In this document: in pieces, positions 24,469 to 25,992 of the stretch | How positions within the stretch are numbered: the first letter of the stretch is position 1 | Layout: the number at the start of each line of letters is the position of its first letter | Source: a virus | Taxonomy: Duplodnaviria > Caudoviricetes | DNA: 25,992 nucleotides | IMG/VR virus record: IMGVR_UViG_3300014613_000094 | Coordinates: 1 to 25,992 of that record | Strand: one strand, 5' to 3' | Translations under genes and position numbers: made by a program | The notes under the pieces: generated by a model | What the model was told of the DNA's origin: nothing | What the model saw: the letters and a program-made list of their open reading frames with translations, nothing else | The model's database searches: none

Positions 24469-24598
24469 TAGCTTGCTGGTGTGAGGTGACAGCGTAAAAA
24501 CCCACTTAATTAAGGTTTGAAATCTTAGCCAGCAAGCCTACCAGTTACCTGAATGGGTGCAGTAAAAAGTGAGTATAGATTGTCTCAATAGCTGGCAG
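24469..24598 (+). other. Two tandem stem-closed intergenic elements of the same motif family
   Basis: GCTTGCTGGT (24471-24480)/GCCAGCAAGC (24528-24537), then CTACCAGTTA...TAGCTGGCAG (24538-24598). Confidence 0.5.
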
Positions 24599-24693
24599 GA
24601 AAGCAAAGGGGATGAGGGTGGAGGCTTGGGCAATAAAGCTAAGCTAAATTGACCTTGTGAACCTTGCCCTCATTCCCAATAAAGGAGAAACTG

Positions 24694-25077
24694 ATGGAAG
24701 CTAAACTAGAGAACATACTCAAAGAGATTTGGTATAGTGGTAAGAACGACTCACAGGTATTTGATTTTTTTGAGTGCATTGGGAATCAGCGTTGGCTTGA
24801 ACGAATCTACCAGCTATTTGAGTTAAAGCCAGATGAGTCAAGGTTACTGACAGATGAGGCAATAAAAACGGAGTTAAAGAAATATTTTACCGAAGACCAA
24901 ATGATGCTTCCTGAGCCAACATTTACATTAGTTACTCAAATTATAGCTGTAGTTCGTAAAGCCCAAGATGCCAAGACAGCCTCTATTAAGGATAATGAAT
25001 TTCTTAACTGGCTTAAAAGGCATGGCTCTCAAACTCAAGTAGATTTATGGTTAAAGGAGCAAGATGAAAAGGATTAG
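24694..25077 (+). CDS. Hypothetical protein
   Basis: Start revised to ATG at 24694 after SD AAAGGAG; LLTDEAI...AVVRKAQDAK motif. Confidence 0.7.
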   Translation: MEAKLENILKEIWYSGKNDSQVFDFFECIGNQRWLERIYQLFELKPDESRLLTDEAIKTELKKYFTEDQMMLPEPTFTLVTQIIAVVRKAQDAKTASIKDNEFLNWLKRHGSQTQVDLWLKEQDEKD

Positions 25078-25306
25078 TGATGAGGAAATAAACAGCCATT
25101 TTGATAAGGCGATTGACAAAAAGGGAATGTTTCACTTCCAAGAATTTGGCAGAGCTGTAGCCCAAGCCCAACTAGACTTCTGTGAAAAGGAATGTCAGGA
25201 GATAGTTGATAAGATATTTGAGGAATTAGAGACGATATTCCCGTGGATTTATCAAGGGGTTAATGAAAAACCCTGGCAAGCCCTTAAACAGAGGAGTAAG
25301 AAATGA
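25064..25306 (+). CDS. Hypothetical protein
   Basis: 80 aa; ISDEEI...RAVAQAQLD motif similar to the preceding gene. Confidence 0.7.
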   Translation: MKRISDEEINSHFDKAIDKKGMFHFQEFGRAVAQAQLDFCEKECQEIVDKIFEELETIFPWIYQGVNEKPWQALKQRSKK

Positions 25307-25488
25307 CACCAACTAAGGAACAGTCAATAGAGATGTGCCAATTTTATGGAACTTCAGGTTGGTCAGGCTATCCTCCATTTATGCCAAAGTGTGAAAAGCA
25401 TAGGAAAGCCAGTCTAAAATGTCATTCAAAAAGAACAGATTGCCCTGACTATAAGCCAAGTGAGGTAGGAGATGACATCAATCTATAA
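25303..25488 (+). CDS. Small Cys-rich hypothetical protein
   Basis: 61 aa, CQFY...C.KH...C.....DCPDY; ATGA overlap. Confidence 0.65.
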   Translation: MTPTKEQSIEMCQFYGTSGWSGYPPFMPKCEKHRKASLKCHSKRTDCPDYKPSEVGDDINL

Positions 25489-25506
25489 AGCTCTTGGAGG
25501 GAAAAG

Positions 25507-25608
25507 ATGAATAAATCAGAATTAAAAGCATTTCTGTTTGGCGTTTTTACTTGTATAATATTGGAAATCTGCATTTTGAGCGTATATTTTAGCGTTTTAG
25601 GGGGTTAA
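25507..25608 (+). CDS. Small single-pass membrane peptide (33 aa)
   Basis: SD GGAGG; MNKSELKAFLFGVFTCIILEICILSVYFSVLGG. Confidence 0.55.
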   Translation: MNKSELKAFLFGVFTCIILEICILSVYFSVLGG

Positions 25609-25611
25609 AAG

Positions 25612-25911
25612 ATGACACCAGAAGAAAGGATAGAGGAAGTAAAGATGGCTATACATCAGCCTTTAATAGCTTACTTGAATGACAAGATTAGTTTATTTGA
25701 GGCTACCGAGCAAATACTCAATCTCAAAGACTCTAAAGGTAAGATGATAGGGATAATCTCTGAAGACCAGAGTTTGCCCCTAAATCCTATAAGAACAGTT
25801 ATGTATGATACTAATGTGTTCAAAGTTGGGCGGAAATCTGGCTATAGCGAAGCCCAACAAGATATACTCAATCAAGGATGGCGGAGAATAATAGAAGGAG
25901 GTAAAGAATGA
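25612..25911 (+). CDS. Hypothetical protein
   Basis: 99 aa in the tightly packed small-gene array. Confidence 0.7.
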   Translation: MTPEERIEEVKMAIHQPLIAYLNDKISLFEATEQILNLKDSKGKMIGIISEDQSLPLNPIRTVMYDTNVFKVGRKSGYSEAQQDILNQGWRRIIEGGKE

Positions 25912-25973
25912 TTGAGTATTGGTTATTAGGCTGGTTATTATGGATTCTTTTTGGACTGATAGGGATTAGATAG
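25908..25973 (+). CDS. Tiny hydrophobic peptide (21 aa)
   Basis: SD AAGGAGG, ATGA overlap; MIEYWLLGWLLWILFGLIGIR. Confidence 0.5.
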   Translation: MIEYWLLGWLLWILFGLIGIR

Positions 25974-25992
25974 GGAGGGATAAAATGGGGAG

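Noticed and set aside
24474-24533. tRNA-like element (GCTGGT...GGTTTGAAATC...GCCAGCA)
   Set aside because: Too short, with no proper D-arm or anticodon arm and a non-canonical T-loop.

Overview
This window is part of a tailed dsDNA bacteriophage genome (Caudoviricetes, podovirus-like). It has strong AGGAGG ribosome-binding sites and sigma70-type promoters, so the host is bacterial. The left 15.3 kb is a minus-strand virion operon: small and large terminase, portal, a 1831-aa putative ejection protein, scaffold, HK97-fold major capsid, a Bbp16-like cement protein and fibre/tail proteins. Divergent promoters at about 15.3 kb lead rightwards into a zinc-ribbon gene and a RecA/AAA_25-like ATPase. 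These are followed by a concentric palindromic origin-like element and a G-rich, G-quadruplex-capable spacer. An early region of small genes starts at about 18.6 kb. The main finding is a complete phage-encoded ubiquitin-like conjugation operon with its own promoter (19878-23292). It comprises a beta-grasp Ubl ending ...DKPG-M, an E2-like protein (HYH-x5-CWG), a ThiF/E1 and a JAB/JAMM peptidase. A family of conserved, probably RNA-level duplex stems sits inside this operon and around other early genes. No integrase, CRISPR array, tRNA or rRNA was seen. All protein calls are from motif recognition by eye, not database searches.
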